Below, in pieces: positions 47,373 through 56,011 of a stretch of 64,000 nucleotides of DNA; position 1 is the stretch's first letter; the number at the start of each line of letters is the position of its first letter. Source of the DNA: a virus (Duplodnaviria; Caudoviricetes); IMG/VR virus record IMGVR_UViG_3300046786_000226, positions 1-64,000 of that record. The stretch is one strand, 5' to 3'. The translations under genes and the position numbers were made by a program. The notes beneath the pieces were generated by a model, which saw only the letters and a program-made list of their open reading frames with translations, did no database searches and was not told the origin of the DNA.

Positions 47373-48649
47373 TAGCGTCTTGCTTTCAAAAAGTTCTCAC
47401 GACTGAATTCTAATCTGTCTACGATTTTAACTGCTTCAGTGCCGCCTGTGCCTAAATGGTCAACAATAACAACACCCTCTTCTGGCTTAACATCAAAGCT
47501 GCCATCTGGTCTAGCAATAAATGTATTGATTTGACGTATTCTAGCATAGTGTAATTGTAACACATCTTTAACACGTTGTATACCCAGGAATAAGAAGTAA
47601 ACATTGGTAATGCTTTCTTCGTGCTGTCTAATAAATTTCAATGCTTCTTCCTGTGCTTGTCGTTTACGGTCTTGACCAGTTTGTGTTTTTAGTTTAGCAA
47701 TATCAGCAGTTAAACGTTCTTCTAACCGTCCAACAAACTTGCTAACATACACTGCAGGTTGATCCATTAAACCGCTACGCACCATTTTGTTTACGTCAAT
47801 TTTAATTAAGTCTCTAATGCCATGGCCAGCAATACTGGCTTCTAACCATTGGAATGTTTCTTGGCCAATACCCTGCAAGAAACTTGTTAGTTCAGTGATA
47901 GCATGTTCTAATTTATATGTTTCTTCTCTAGTCAATGTTACGCTACCGCTGACATCTTTTAATGCGGCATCTCTATAATAGACAAACGGACTAGATCCTA
48001 GTTCGCTGGTATCAGCACCAAAGCGGGCCTGCATGTCACTGATGCTGGTGCCTTCATAGGTTGTATGGAACACAACACCTACTTTAACTTTGCTCATTTT
48101 CTGTGCCAATGGTGTATCAGCAGGAACAGCATAAGTTAATAAGTTAGGCTTAAATGTCCAATAGTTTTCGCCGTCGATTTGTTGAAAGCCACTGTCGCCA
48201 TCTCCTGCTGTCCATAACAAATCACCTTGAAGAATTTTATCTCCAAAGTTTAAATCTTTTAAGTAATTAAATGCTACCTTTAGTTTAGTTCTAAGTCCAC
48301 TGTAGTCTACTTTCGAACCGTCTTTGGCAGTTTTATCTGGCTTAATTCTATCAATGTCAGCGGCAGTATAGATTCTATTATCTTTAGTGCCAGCAAAAAT
48401 ACCTTTGTCGCCCATGATAAATTGTCCTGTTTCTGGATCAGTGCCTACAAATATAGCTGGGCTACCATCCCATTTCTTAGTGGCAAAATAACGGCCGTCT
48501 GTGTTACCATGTAATAGTCCAGCGGCTCCTTGTAAGTAGCTTATAGCTTCAACAGCACCTTGATAACCCCTGTTCCAGATTTCATCATCCAAGTGTTCTA
48601 AGTGTGTGTTCTTGCCTTCTACGGTTTCGACGAGTTGTTGTATCTTCAT
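47372..48649 (-). CDS. T4-like conserved protein with ligase-type KxDG motif (DUF6267-like)
   Basis: EGKNTHLEHLDD, KKWDGSPAIF, ILQGDLL, EEGVV, VKIVDRLEFSREN. Confidence 0.65.
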   Translation of the reverse strand: MKIQQLVETVEGKNTHLEHLDDEIWNRGYQGAVEAISYLQGAAGLLHGNTDGRYFATKKWDGSPAIFVGTDPETGQFIMGDKGIFAGTKDNRIYTAADIDRIKPDKTAKDGSKVDYSGLRTKLKVAFNYLKDLNFGDKILQGDLLWTAGDGDSGFQQIDGENYWTFKPNLLTYAVPADTPLAQKMSKVKVGVVFHTTYEGTSISDMQARFGADTSELGSSPFVYYRDAALKDVSGSVTLTREETYKLEHAITELTSFLQGIGQETFQWLEASIAGHGIRDLIKIDVNKMVRSGLMDQPAVYVSKFVGRLEERLTADIAKLKTQTGQDRKRQAQEEALKFIRQHEESITNVYFLFLGIQRVKDVLQLHYARIRQINTFIARPDGSFDVKPEEGVVIVDHLGTGGTEAVKIVDRLEFSRENFLKARR

Positions 48650-48657
48650 ATAGTTAG

Positions 48658-48663
48658 TATTTA
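48658..48663 (-). promoter_or_regulatory. T4-like late promoter (TAAATA) heading the cargo cluster; also at 42435-42440 and 41283-41288
   Basis: TAAATA 8, 7 and 5 nt before the respective ATGs. Confidence 0.55.
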
Positions 48664-48703
48664 TTAGAAATAAACATTTAATTGAAACAAATTGTAGTCA
48701 TGA

Positions 48704-48726
48704 AAAAGCCCACTCAGTGGGCTTTT
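48704..48726. terminator. intrinsic terminator, bidirectional shape
   Basis: AAAAGCCCAC-TCA-GTGGGCTTTT. Confidence 0.8.
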
Positions 48727-48738
48727 AATTGTGGTTAA

Positions 48739-49764
48739 TTAGTTTAAGTTAACCCATGCATTGCCAGTATAGCCTTTGAATACACCATTGTCTAAAACAA
48801 TCATGCCGGCTTCTGGTGGATTAGGTAAATTGCCGTTGCATTCAGCAACTTTCATGAAACCATTTACTCTTGCGCCACCGCCATCTACACGTAGCTTTTC
48901 TGTACCATTGCTAGATACACAAACTACGCCATCGGCTGGATGGAAAAGACCAGTATCAACACTACCGTCATTGCCAAATACTACGCTTGGATTGCTGGCT
49001 GTACCATCGCCTAATGTAATTTTATCAACATCAGGATTGCCGCCTAAGTCAGCATAGCTACCGCTAGAAGCTACCGCGGCCAAGTTTGGTTTGCCTGTTA
49101 AACTACCATATTGGCCGTCAAACAATGTTGGCTTGCTAGTCAAACTATCATAATCGCCATCAAACAATGTTGGCTTGTGTGTCAAGTCGTCATAGTCACC
49201 ACTGAACAATGTCGGCTTACTAGTTAAGTCGTCATAGTCACCACTGAACAATGTTGGCTTGTGCGATAAGCTGTCGTAGTCGCCATCAAACAATGTTGGT
49301 TTATTAGACAAATTATTGTAATCGCCATTGAATAAAGTTGGCTTATTAGTCAATGAATTGTAGTTACCGTCGAACAATGTTGGCTTATTCAATAAGTCAG
49401 CATATTCACCGCTGGTAGCAACAACTGATAAATCTGCTGTATTTGCTTTTAAGCCCAATTGTGTAGTAACTGTTGCGCTGAAGTTAGCATCGTTGCCCAA
49501 TGCTTGTGCTAGTTCGTTTAATGTGTCTAACGCACTACCAGCACCAGCTTTTAATGCAGTGATAGCATTATTAACATAAGTTTCGCTGGCCAAGCCTGCG
49601 ACGCTAGGAATAACATAATCTAGATCAGTCCATGGACTAGTTCCATTACCAATTTTAATATTGCCAGTAGTCAAGTCTAAACCAATTTCGCCTTGGCTAA
49701 GTGTTGGATCTGCTGTAGTCCAATTTACTGTAGTATCTCTTCTAAGTTGAATTTTGTTTGCCAT
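48739..49764 (-). CDS. tail fibre/whisker-like protein with Mtd_N-like N-terminus
   Basis: KIQLRRDT..W...DPTLSQGEIG, KIGNGTSPWTDL, ALDTLNELAQALGND, C-terminal FKGYTGNAWVNL. Confidence 0.75.
   Translation of the reverse strand: MANKIQLRRDTTVNWTTADPTLSQGEIGLDLTTGNIKIGNGTSPWTDLDYVIPSVAGLASETYVNNAITALKAGAGSALDTLNELAQALGNDANFSATVTTQLGLKANTADLSVVATSGEYADLLNKPTLFDGNYNSLTNKPTLFNGDYNNLSNKPTLFDGDYDSLSHKPTLFSGDYDDLTSKPTLFSGDYDDLTHKPTLFDGDYDSLTSKPTLFDGQYGSLTGKPNLAAVASSGSYADLGGNPDVDKITLGDGTASNPSVVFGNDGSVDTGLFHPADGVVCVSSNGTEKLRVDGGGARVNGFMKVAECNGNLPNPPEAGMIVLDNGVFKGYTGNAWVNLN
49033..49410 (-). repeat. 42-bp / 14-aa coding tandem repeat, 7 full plus 2 degenerate units
   Basis: GDYDxLTxKPTLFx units. Confidence 0.9.
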
Positions 49765-49765
49765 T

Positions 49766-49987
49766 TTAAGCTGCGCCTCCGTCTAATTCGATATCATCAA
49801 TTCCGTATACAGTCGTCGATGCTCCGCCGTCGACTTCGATAACCCCTGCAGAGTATCCTCTTGGACCCCTAGGACCTGGGTTACCTTTTTGGCCTGCAGG
49901 CCCTTGTGGACCATGTAATCCAGGTAAACCTCTAGGACCTTGTGGCCCAGTTAAACCACGTGGCCCGTTAATATATTGCACTGTCAT
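49766..49987 (-). CDS. short collagen-like protein
   Basis: About 13 Gly-X-Y triplets rich in GPR/GPQ, then DGG motifs. Confidence 0.85.
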   Translation of the reverse strand: MTVQYINGPRGLTGPQGPRGLPGLHGPQGPAGQKGNPGPRGPRGYSAGVIEVDGGASTTVYGIDDIELDGGAA

Positions 49988-50026
49988 ATTCTGATTCTCC
50001 TGATATGCGTTGTATATTGTATTTAG

Positions 50027-50563
50027 TTATTTTTGGGTATTAAACCATTCTACAAAGGCTGTTTGTCCTGCTAATAACGCATCTTCCCAAGTGGCGCCAG
50101 CTTCTCCGTCGGCATTGTCACTGACCCATTTGCGGCTGATCCATGGTATTTTAACATGTTCACAGACTTTGGCAATACTCCATAATTCCATGTCAACTAA
50201 ATCACAATGATCTAATGTCCAAGAATCTGGGTTAGTTACAAAGTTATTTCCCGATCCTACTATAACGCCTACTTCTTGACTATGATAGTATAATACATTC
50301 TCACCTAGCATATAACCACGTTCACGCAATGGACTACAATCTGCGTCACGTTGGCAAACACTGGCCACGCTGTTTAATCCCGTAATGCCTTTTAGACTGC
50401 CTGCACTTCCATAGTTAATAACTAAATCGGGACGATGTTTAAGTATAGCCAATGTGGCATGCATTGCGGCATTTGATAGTCCTACTCCTGTATAAACTAC
50501 AGGAGCGTCTACTAAATTTTTATCTAATTCTTCGGGTAATGCTACTAATATTAATGTTTTCAT
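50027..50563 (-). CDS. MTA/SAH nucleosidase / PNP-UDP phosphorylase-family protein
   Basis: LILVALPEE, TGVGLSNAA, INYGSAG, GSGNNFV, VDMELWSIA, KWVSDNAD. Confidence 0.85.
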   Translation of the reverse strand: MKTLILVALPEELDKNLVDAPVVYTGVGLSNAAMHATLAILKHRPDLVINYGSAGSLKGITGLNSVASVCQRDADCSPLRERGYMLGENVLYYHSQEVGVIVGSGNNFVTNPDSWTLDHCDLVDMELWSIAKVCEHVKIPWISRKWVSDNADGEAGATWEDALLAGQTAFVEWFNTQK

Positions 50564-50581
50564 AATGTCAAAATAAAAGCT

Positions 50582-50687
50582 CACTTTGAACAAAGTCTGG
50601 CGTAACTTTTGTCCCAGGCAGCAGCCGCCTGTTTGACGCCCGGACTTTCGTCCTAACCGTTAGCGACAACGGCCCTAAGGTGGGTTC
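50582..50687 (-). ncRNA. candidate structured RNA (unassigned)
   Basis: GC-rich intergenic island with several stems including GGAC-GAAA-GTCC. Confidence 0.5.
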
Positions 50688-51410
50688 TTACAATTTAACT
50701 ATCTTATCTCTACTAGCTTCTGCTAGTACTTGTTCAGTTCTTTCAGTGACATTGCCAGTAATTTGTAACATAGGTCTATCGTGCCAGCCCATATTACAAG
50801 TACTGTGAGGAATATTTTTCCATTCCCAAGTAATACAATCTCCCGCTGACCATTGTGTCCAAGCGGCATTGCCTAATTGAAATACCTGTCCTACTTCCCA
50901 GTCTGCTAACATAATAGCAAAGCGTCGAATGGTTTCCGGCTTCTTATCAAACTCTGTAACAATGAAACTATTTTCACGTTCTTCACGACCAGCAAAGTTA
51001 TCAATGTGTAAATGCAACATTTGTCCTGTACGCTGATTGTGAAATTTAAGTGCGGAATTCTCTACACCTAAATATTCATTAATTTTTTGAAACAATTCAA
51101 TGTCTTCTCCTTTACTTCTATCAAAGATAGGAGACTTAGGATCAGCGCCTGCATTAATTAAATCTTGTTCTTCGGCACTGGCACTATACAATTCACCTTG
51201 AACTTTATAGTTATTTCTAGTGCTCCATGAACTTTCTACACCACGTGGTAAACATTGACGAATAGCATCCGTAAAGTCTGCGTCAAAACGACAGACATAG
51301 GTAAAACTATCCAGTCCTGGCTCTGGTGGCTTTTTTGTATCAAAGTGCCACTTACTTTGTTGTTTAGTGTAGTTCCAACGACTACCTTGCCAGTCTTGAT
51401 ATTCTGCCAT
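50688..51410 (-). CDS. Fe(II)/2OG-type (Asp/Asn beta-hydroxylase-like) oxygenase
   Basis: LHLHIDN (HxD), IPHSTCN, RPMLQITG. Confidence 0.65.
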   Translation of the reverse strand: MAEYQDWQGSRWNYTKQQSKWHFDTKKPPEPGLDSFTYVCRFDADFTDAIRQCLPRGVESSWSTRNNYKVQGELYSASAEEQDLINAGADPKSPIFDRSKGEDIELFQKINEYLGVENSALKFHNQRTGQMLHLHIDNFAGREERENSFIVTEFDKKPETIRRFAIMLADWEVGQVFQLGNAAWTQWSAGDCITWEWKNIPHSTCNMGWHDRPMLQITGNVTERTEQVLAEASRDKIVKL

Positions 51411-52369
51411 TATTCTGCTTTCATAGTTTTAACAATTGGTATCCATTGTTCTCTTAACTTATTTACCGCCGCTCTAGTACCTTTGGGCCCAAGCTCGTTG
51501 GCGTCAGTAAACATTAAATTCTCTTCAAAATAACGCTTGGCTTCTGCGCTTTTAATGGCATTAGTAAAGTTAGTTTCATACCAATCAGTGACCTCCTTGG
51601 GAGTACCGGGAGGTAGTGCAACAACCCATCCAGCATATACGTTCATGCCAGGAACATAGTCTTTCATCAAAGGTGTTTTAGGTAATCCTGTGAGTTGTTG
51701 TTCTCCGATAAGAGCAATTAGTTTTACCTTGCCGCCTTCTACTAAAGGTTTAGCAATGGCAATAGGCATAATACCAAACTCTGTATCTCCCGCGGCAACA
51801 CCCATGGCTGCCTGTGCTGGGCCTTTATAAAATACAACCTGTGAATTAGCTGTAGGTGCTTTTGTCTTTTCCATCATGTAAGTGAATGCTACTTTGTGTG
51901 CGCCGCCACCAATGGCAAAATTGATATTACGATTTGGTTTCTTAATAGATTCCAGTAGTTCAGGTACTGTGTTTACTTTGCTACTTGGATGTGCGATAAT
52001 ACACAACGGACTTTTGGCAATAACTGTAATCAAACTCCATTGTAATGGATCGTATTTGACCATGTCCTTGAACCAAATTTCACCTGTAACAAACTGTCCT
52101 TGTAAACTAGGTACGGCTACAGTATAACCGTCGGGCGCTGATTCAGTAAAGAAGTTTGCGGCAATGTTACCGTCGGCTCCTGGCTTGTGTTCAAATATAA
52201 AATTTACATTGGGATTTTTGTCAATGACAATCTTAGACATTGCTCTGAACGCAATTTCGTTGCCTGCTCCTGGCGCCTGTCCTAGAATAACCTTAATAGG
52301 TTTTGTTGGCTCCCAAGCATGTGCTGAAAGTGTTAATAGCATTAGTGCTAAAAATTTAATAAACTTCAT
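51410..52369 (-). CDS. tctC: TctC/Bug-family substrate-binding protein
   Basis: Signal peptide, WEPTKPIKVI, APGAGNE, HKPGADGNIA, APDGYT, YKGPAQA, LPPGTPKEV. Confidence 0.9.
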   Translation of the reverse strand: MKFIKFLALMLLTLSAHAWEPTKPIKVILGQAPGAGNEIAFRAMSKIVIDKNPNVNFIFEHKPGADGNIAANFFTESAPDGYTVAVPSLQGQFVTGEIWFKDMVKYDPLQWSLITVIAKSPLCIIAHPSSKVNTVPELLESIKKPNRNINFAIGGGAHKVAFTYMMEKTKAPTANSQVVFYKGPAQAAMGVAAGDTEFGIMPIAIAKPLVEGGKVKLIALIGEQQLTGLPKTPLMKDYVPGMNVYAGWVVALPPGTPKEVTDWYETNFTNAIKSAEAKRYFEENLMFTDANELGPKGTRAAVNKLREQWIPIVKTMKAE

Positions 52370-52377
52370 GAATACTC

Positions 52378-52608
52378 CTATTTAAAATAAAGATAAGCCA
52401 GTCCCGGAATAATGATAGCATACTGCGGAAGAAAGTTTAATATAATTGCTTTCTCATTCCACTTGTATCCTACATATATCCAGCCAGCGGCACCTACCAT
52501 TTGAACAATACTGTTCCAAGGTGTGATGCCTAAAACATGTAATACCATAGCGCAAAGAATCGTCAATGCGCTGGCATACTTGATATAAAATACGTGATCT
52601 CGTTTCAT
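52378..52608 (-). CDS. small 3-TM membrane protein
   Basis: IKYASALTILCAMVLHVLGITPWNSIVQMVGAAGWIYVG. Confidence 0.7.
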   Translation of the reverse strand: MKRDHVFYIKYASALTILCAMVLHVLGITPWNSIVQMVGAAGWIYVGYKWNEKAIILNFLPQYAIIIPGLAYLYFK

Positions 52609-53186
52609 TTTAATATTGTAATAAAAATGTCAGGCCATGTTCTTTCAACTTGAACATCAGCGTTAAAGTGTTCTTTGATCCATGTACTGTTAAATGAATC
52701 CCATTGTAAGTTGTGTTGTTTGGCAAATTCTTTAATAGCATTATTTTGCCATGAAATTTCTCGCATCATTACTTCATCGTTTTTATAAGACTTATAACTG
52801 GGATACATGATGTTAAAGCCACCGGCTTCTTTCCACCAATCAAAACTTGCAGAATTATCTCTGTATACAAGTATAATCCAATCATTGGGGAATTGTTGTT
52901 TAATTTTATCTAAACTATAAGCCCAATCATGACTTTTAACTAGTTTAGTTCCAGGGCTTTTTGGATTCCAAGCTTGGTCTAAATAATCACCGTCTAATTT
53001 AGCGTCAAATTCCATTAGACGTCCAAAGTAAGCACCTTTGTGTCCACTGAATGCGCCATGAGAATATGTGCGCTCATGTGTTCTATCTGACGTATTAAAG
53101 CCAGGAACGGTTTCTATTGTTTGAGCGATTCCGCTCCAGCGACTTCCGGGTACGCCTGTAAAAAATATTCTTTGTGGTAGTGTCAT
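52605..53186 (-). CDS. sulfotransferase/P-loop-like protein
   Basis: FFTGVPGSRWSG, KLVKSH, IILVYRD. Confidence 0.55.
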   Translation of the reverse strand: MTLPQRIFFTGVPGSRWSGIAQTIETVPGFNTSDRTHERTYSHGAFSGHKGAYFGRLMEFDAKLDGDYLDQAWNPKSPGTKLVKSHDWAYSLDKIKQQFPNDWIILVYRDNSASFDWWKEAGGFNIMYPSYKSYKNDEVMMREISWQNNAIKEFAKQHNLQWDSFNSTWIKEHFNADVQVERTWPDIFITILK

Positions 53187-53198
53187 ATAAATATTTGT

Positions 53199-53735
53199 AT
53201 GAATGTAGATCAACAATATTTAAACAATTATTTCAGTAAAGTTTGGCATCGCAAAAACGGTGACTTAACGCAATTTGATAAAACAGGCCTAGCACTTATA
53301 TCTAAGGTACAACAGGGAGAAACAGTCATTGACATTGGCTGTGGAGCAAATCCTTTTAAAGGACATATTCCTAATTTACTGGGCATCGATCCTGCATTTG
53401 ATCAAGCAGATGTTAAATGTACTATAGATGAATTTACCACAGACGCTAAATTCGATGTGGCATTTTGCTTGGGCAGTATTAACTTTGGCGATGTAAATGA
53501 CATTGAACGTCAAATTGCTAAAATAACTACATTGCTTAAACCTCGAGCAAGAATTTACTGGCGCAGTAATCCTGGCTTACAGGATCATAACAATGAAGAA
53601 TGTAAACAAATCCCCTTCTATCCATGGAGCATAGAAGAACATGTTAGACTATCAGACAAATTTGGATTCAAATTAGTACAATGTGAATGGGACACTAAGA
53701 ATCGTATCTATGCCGAATGGGTCAGATTAGCTTAA
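53199..53735 (+). CDS. class I SAM-dependent methyltransferase
   Basis: VIDIGCGANP, GIDPA, FDVAFCLGSINF. Confidence 0.8.
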   Translation: MNVDQQYLNNYFSKVWHRKNGDLTQFDKTGLALISKVQQGETVIDIGCGANPFKGHIPNLLGIDPAFDQADVKCTIDEFTTDAKFDVAFCLGSINFGDVNDIERQIAKITTLLKPRARIYWRSNPGLQDHNNEECKQIPFYPWSIEEHVRLSDKFGFKLVQCEWDTKNRIYAEWVRLA

Positions 53736-54633
53736 ACTGAGTATAATCTATATTATATTCACTGAGCAATTCTAAATTCTTTTCGTGCCATTCTATTAAT
53801 TCGTCATTGAATGTCGTAGAATCAATTTCAAATATATCTTCTAAATATCCTTTTTCAAAATATTTAGAATAATTGACTATTTTTAGAAATGGTAAATTTG
53901 CTATTTGTCGATAGTCTGAGTAAGTTCCGGCCAATGAATATCTATGTTTATAATATAATTCGCCGACCGGCATATTTAACACAGTATCTGCAGAGTCTAC
54001 ATCTGTTATTTTTTTATTTATTAAGCACCTGGCATAGATTTCTGAAATAGAATCTAGATTATTAGAGTCCAAGTATTCCACTACTTGTTTAATAATTGTA
54101 TCTACTTCAGCCAAATCATTATAAGGTAATGTTTTATATCTGTTGTAATTAAAAGTCAATGAAGGTTCTAAATCTAGTCTGGATGTTCTATTTTTAATAC
54201 AGGCTAACAATCCACCGTAATCACTCCAACGTTCTTCATCTAAGAATATTAGAAAACTTCTTTTAATAAAATAATTTGAATTTATAAAATGACATCGATG
54301 TAAAGGTGTATAATTTATATAATTTTCTAAATATACTTCAACTTCATCTAACATATTAGAATCTACTAATTTCAGTAAATGTGATAATATAAGTGGCTGT
54401 TGCTGTGGAACTGTAAAAAGTCTTTCATAAAATGCAGGATAAAATATTCGAGTCTTATTACCAATTTCATCGTCTTTCTTTATGTAATTAATATTTTTAA
54501 ATTTATTCGAATATTGATAAATTTTAGAAATAAGAAATTCCCCGCCAGAACCTCCTCTAAACATGAGAAAGTTCTGCGGAGTATCTAAAATGTTTTGTAT
54601 TCTTAGATTAATCTGCTTTTCCACACTTAGCAC
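53722..54633 (-). CDS. GGSGGEF-family protein 3 (start uncertain)
   Basis: FRGGSGGEFLISKIYQYS; YLEDIF..WHEKN. Confidence 0.65.
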   Translation of the reverse strand: MLSVEKQINLRIQNILDTPQNFLMFRGGSGGEFLISKIYQYSNKFKNINYIKKDDEIGNKTRIFYPAFYERLFTVPQQQPLILSHLLKLVDSNMLDEVEVYLENYINYTPLHRCHFINSNYFIKRSFLIFLDEERWSDYGGLLACIKNRTSRLDLEPSLTFNYNRYKTLPYNDLAEVDTIIKQVVEYLDSNNLDSISEIYARCLINKKITDVDSADTVLNMPVGELYYKHRYSLAGTYSDYRQIANLPFLKIVNYSKYFEKGYLEDIFEIDSTTFNDELIEWHEKNLELLSEYNIDYTQFKLI

Positions 54634-55453
54634 GTTTAGCGTTAGTTAATGCGCCATAGTCAACTGGCCATTCTGCTCCAGGATTGATCTCTTTGGCATT
54701 AGCAGGAAACTTATATTGTACTCCTGCAGTTGCTTGGATTTGGCTAATAGGTAAGCGGAATTTAGTTAAATCATTACCTAAGTTAACATAAGGTTTTGTA
54801 TGCGGGAATGCCCATCCAGCAACTTCGCCTGTTGCGTTGTTAATTACAATTTTATAATAACCATGCGGAACAACAACTTTACCTGCGCCAATTGTTTCAT
54901 TACCAGCGCCATAGAATGCGCCAACGTATATGGTAAAAGGCTGGTTGCGTTGGACTGCCCAACCTCTGATGGACGTCTCTAATAATTTCCATATTCCCCG
55001 ATTTAAAGAGCCGTGCTGAGGATACATATTTGTCATTAAAAAACTTTCGTACTCAACAATTTCACTCCAGGATAAATCACCGTCCGGAGCGGCATGACCT
55101 TTGTCATAACCTGTACCAGCATAGTCAGCAGGAGTAGCACCACCTGATACTGATTTATCTGCTACGAAAGCATTTGTACGTGGCCAGCATCCTAGTGCGT
55201 TTGGCGGTGTTAGCGTATAAGCAACATAAACAGGAATCTTAGCAGGAGCATCATAAGCAACCAGATATGCTTCACGACATATGGGTTGTGCTGTGCGTTG
55301 TGTGGCCGCAAAGCCGTAAGGGCTGTGTGGTTGACAAGCTTGTACAGGTAGTGGAGCACGTTGTTCCCACGCAAATGCGTTATTATTCCATGTTAGGAAC
55401 ATAACGCCGGTGGCAAACATAGTTGCCCATAGTATTTGTTTTAGTGTTTTCAT
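54608..55453 (-). CDS. secreted DNA/RNA non-specific endonuclease (NucA/EndA family)
   Basis: Signal peptide, YDKGHAAP, ESFLMTNMYPQHGSLNRGIWKLLE. Confidence 0.92.
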   Translation of the reverse strand: MKTLKQILWATMFATGVMFLTWNNNAFAWEQRAPLPVQACQPHSPYGFAATQRTAQPICREAYLVAYDAPAKIPVYVAYTLTPPNALGCWPRTNAFVADKSVSGGATPADYAGTGYDKGHAAPDGDLSWSEIVEYESFLMTNMYPQHGSLNRGIWKLLETSIRGWAVQRNQPFTIYVGAFYGAGNETIGAGKVVVPHGYYKIVINNATGEVAGWAFPHTKPYVNLGNDLTKFRLPISQIQATAGVQYKFPANAKEINPGAEWPVDYGALTNAKRAKCGKAD

Positions 55454-55489
55454 AGTAGTCCTTAAATTAACTACTACTATTTAGTTTGA

Positions 55490-56005
55490 TTACTTAATTG
55501 GCCAATGCTTATTGAATTTCTCGAAATAGAACATCAATTCTTTTTCATTGTCATCGTAGTATTCACTTACATAGTCTGACTTTACTCTAGAGTTAACATT
55601 TTCGCACATAGCTACCAATGTAATATCTTCTCTTTTGTATTCGAATTCACGAATCAATGAGTCTAGTATCCATTCCCAATTACCGCCTCTAATGATACCA
55701 GCTTCGACACATATTACTTTTTTATATTGTTTAATTTCCATGTACAATGAACGAAATTTATCTTTGTAGGATTTGTAATCTTCGTCTGGGTAAGGAACTT
55801 CCACAGTTAACAAAGGCAGCATATCACCATGCCTGGACCATGAATGAGCTAAGTGCATACTAACCGTCGCAGAATAATCAGGCGACACCATTAATACAAC
55901 TGTAGTTTTTGGATCAAAATCCGACGAATCTACCAAAGTTTCCAATCTTTGTATCAATTCCCATTCTTTTTCCCTGGTAATAAAATGTAAAGGTCTGCGA
56001 TTCAT
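55490..56005 (-). CDS. type I phosphoribosyltransferase-like protein
   Basis: VICVEAGIIRGGNW resembles the PRPP-binding loop. Confidence 0.55.
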   Translation of the reverse strand: MNRRPLHFITREKEWELIQRLETLVDSSDFDPKTTVVLMVSPDYSATVSMHLAHSWSRHGDMLPLLTVEVPYPDEDYKSYKDKFRSLYMEIKQYKKVICVEAGIIRGGNWEWILDSLIREFEYKREDITLVAMCENVNSRVKSDYVSEYYDDNEKELMFYFEKFNKHWPIK

Positions 56006-56011
56006 AATGTC

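Noticed and set aside
49033-49410. CRISPR array
   Set aside because: Repeats are contiguous, in-frame and degenerate at wobble positions, with no unique spacers.
50582-50687. Assignment as tRNA, hammerhead, HDV-like or pistol ribozyme, or SAH/ZTP riboswitch
   Set aside because: No cloverleaf or T-loop, no CUGAUGA core, no P2 partner for an HDV fold, and consensus blocks do not align by eye; kept only as an unassigned candidate.
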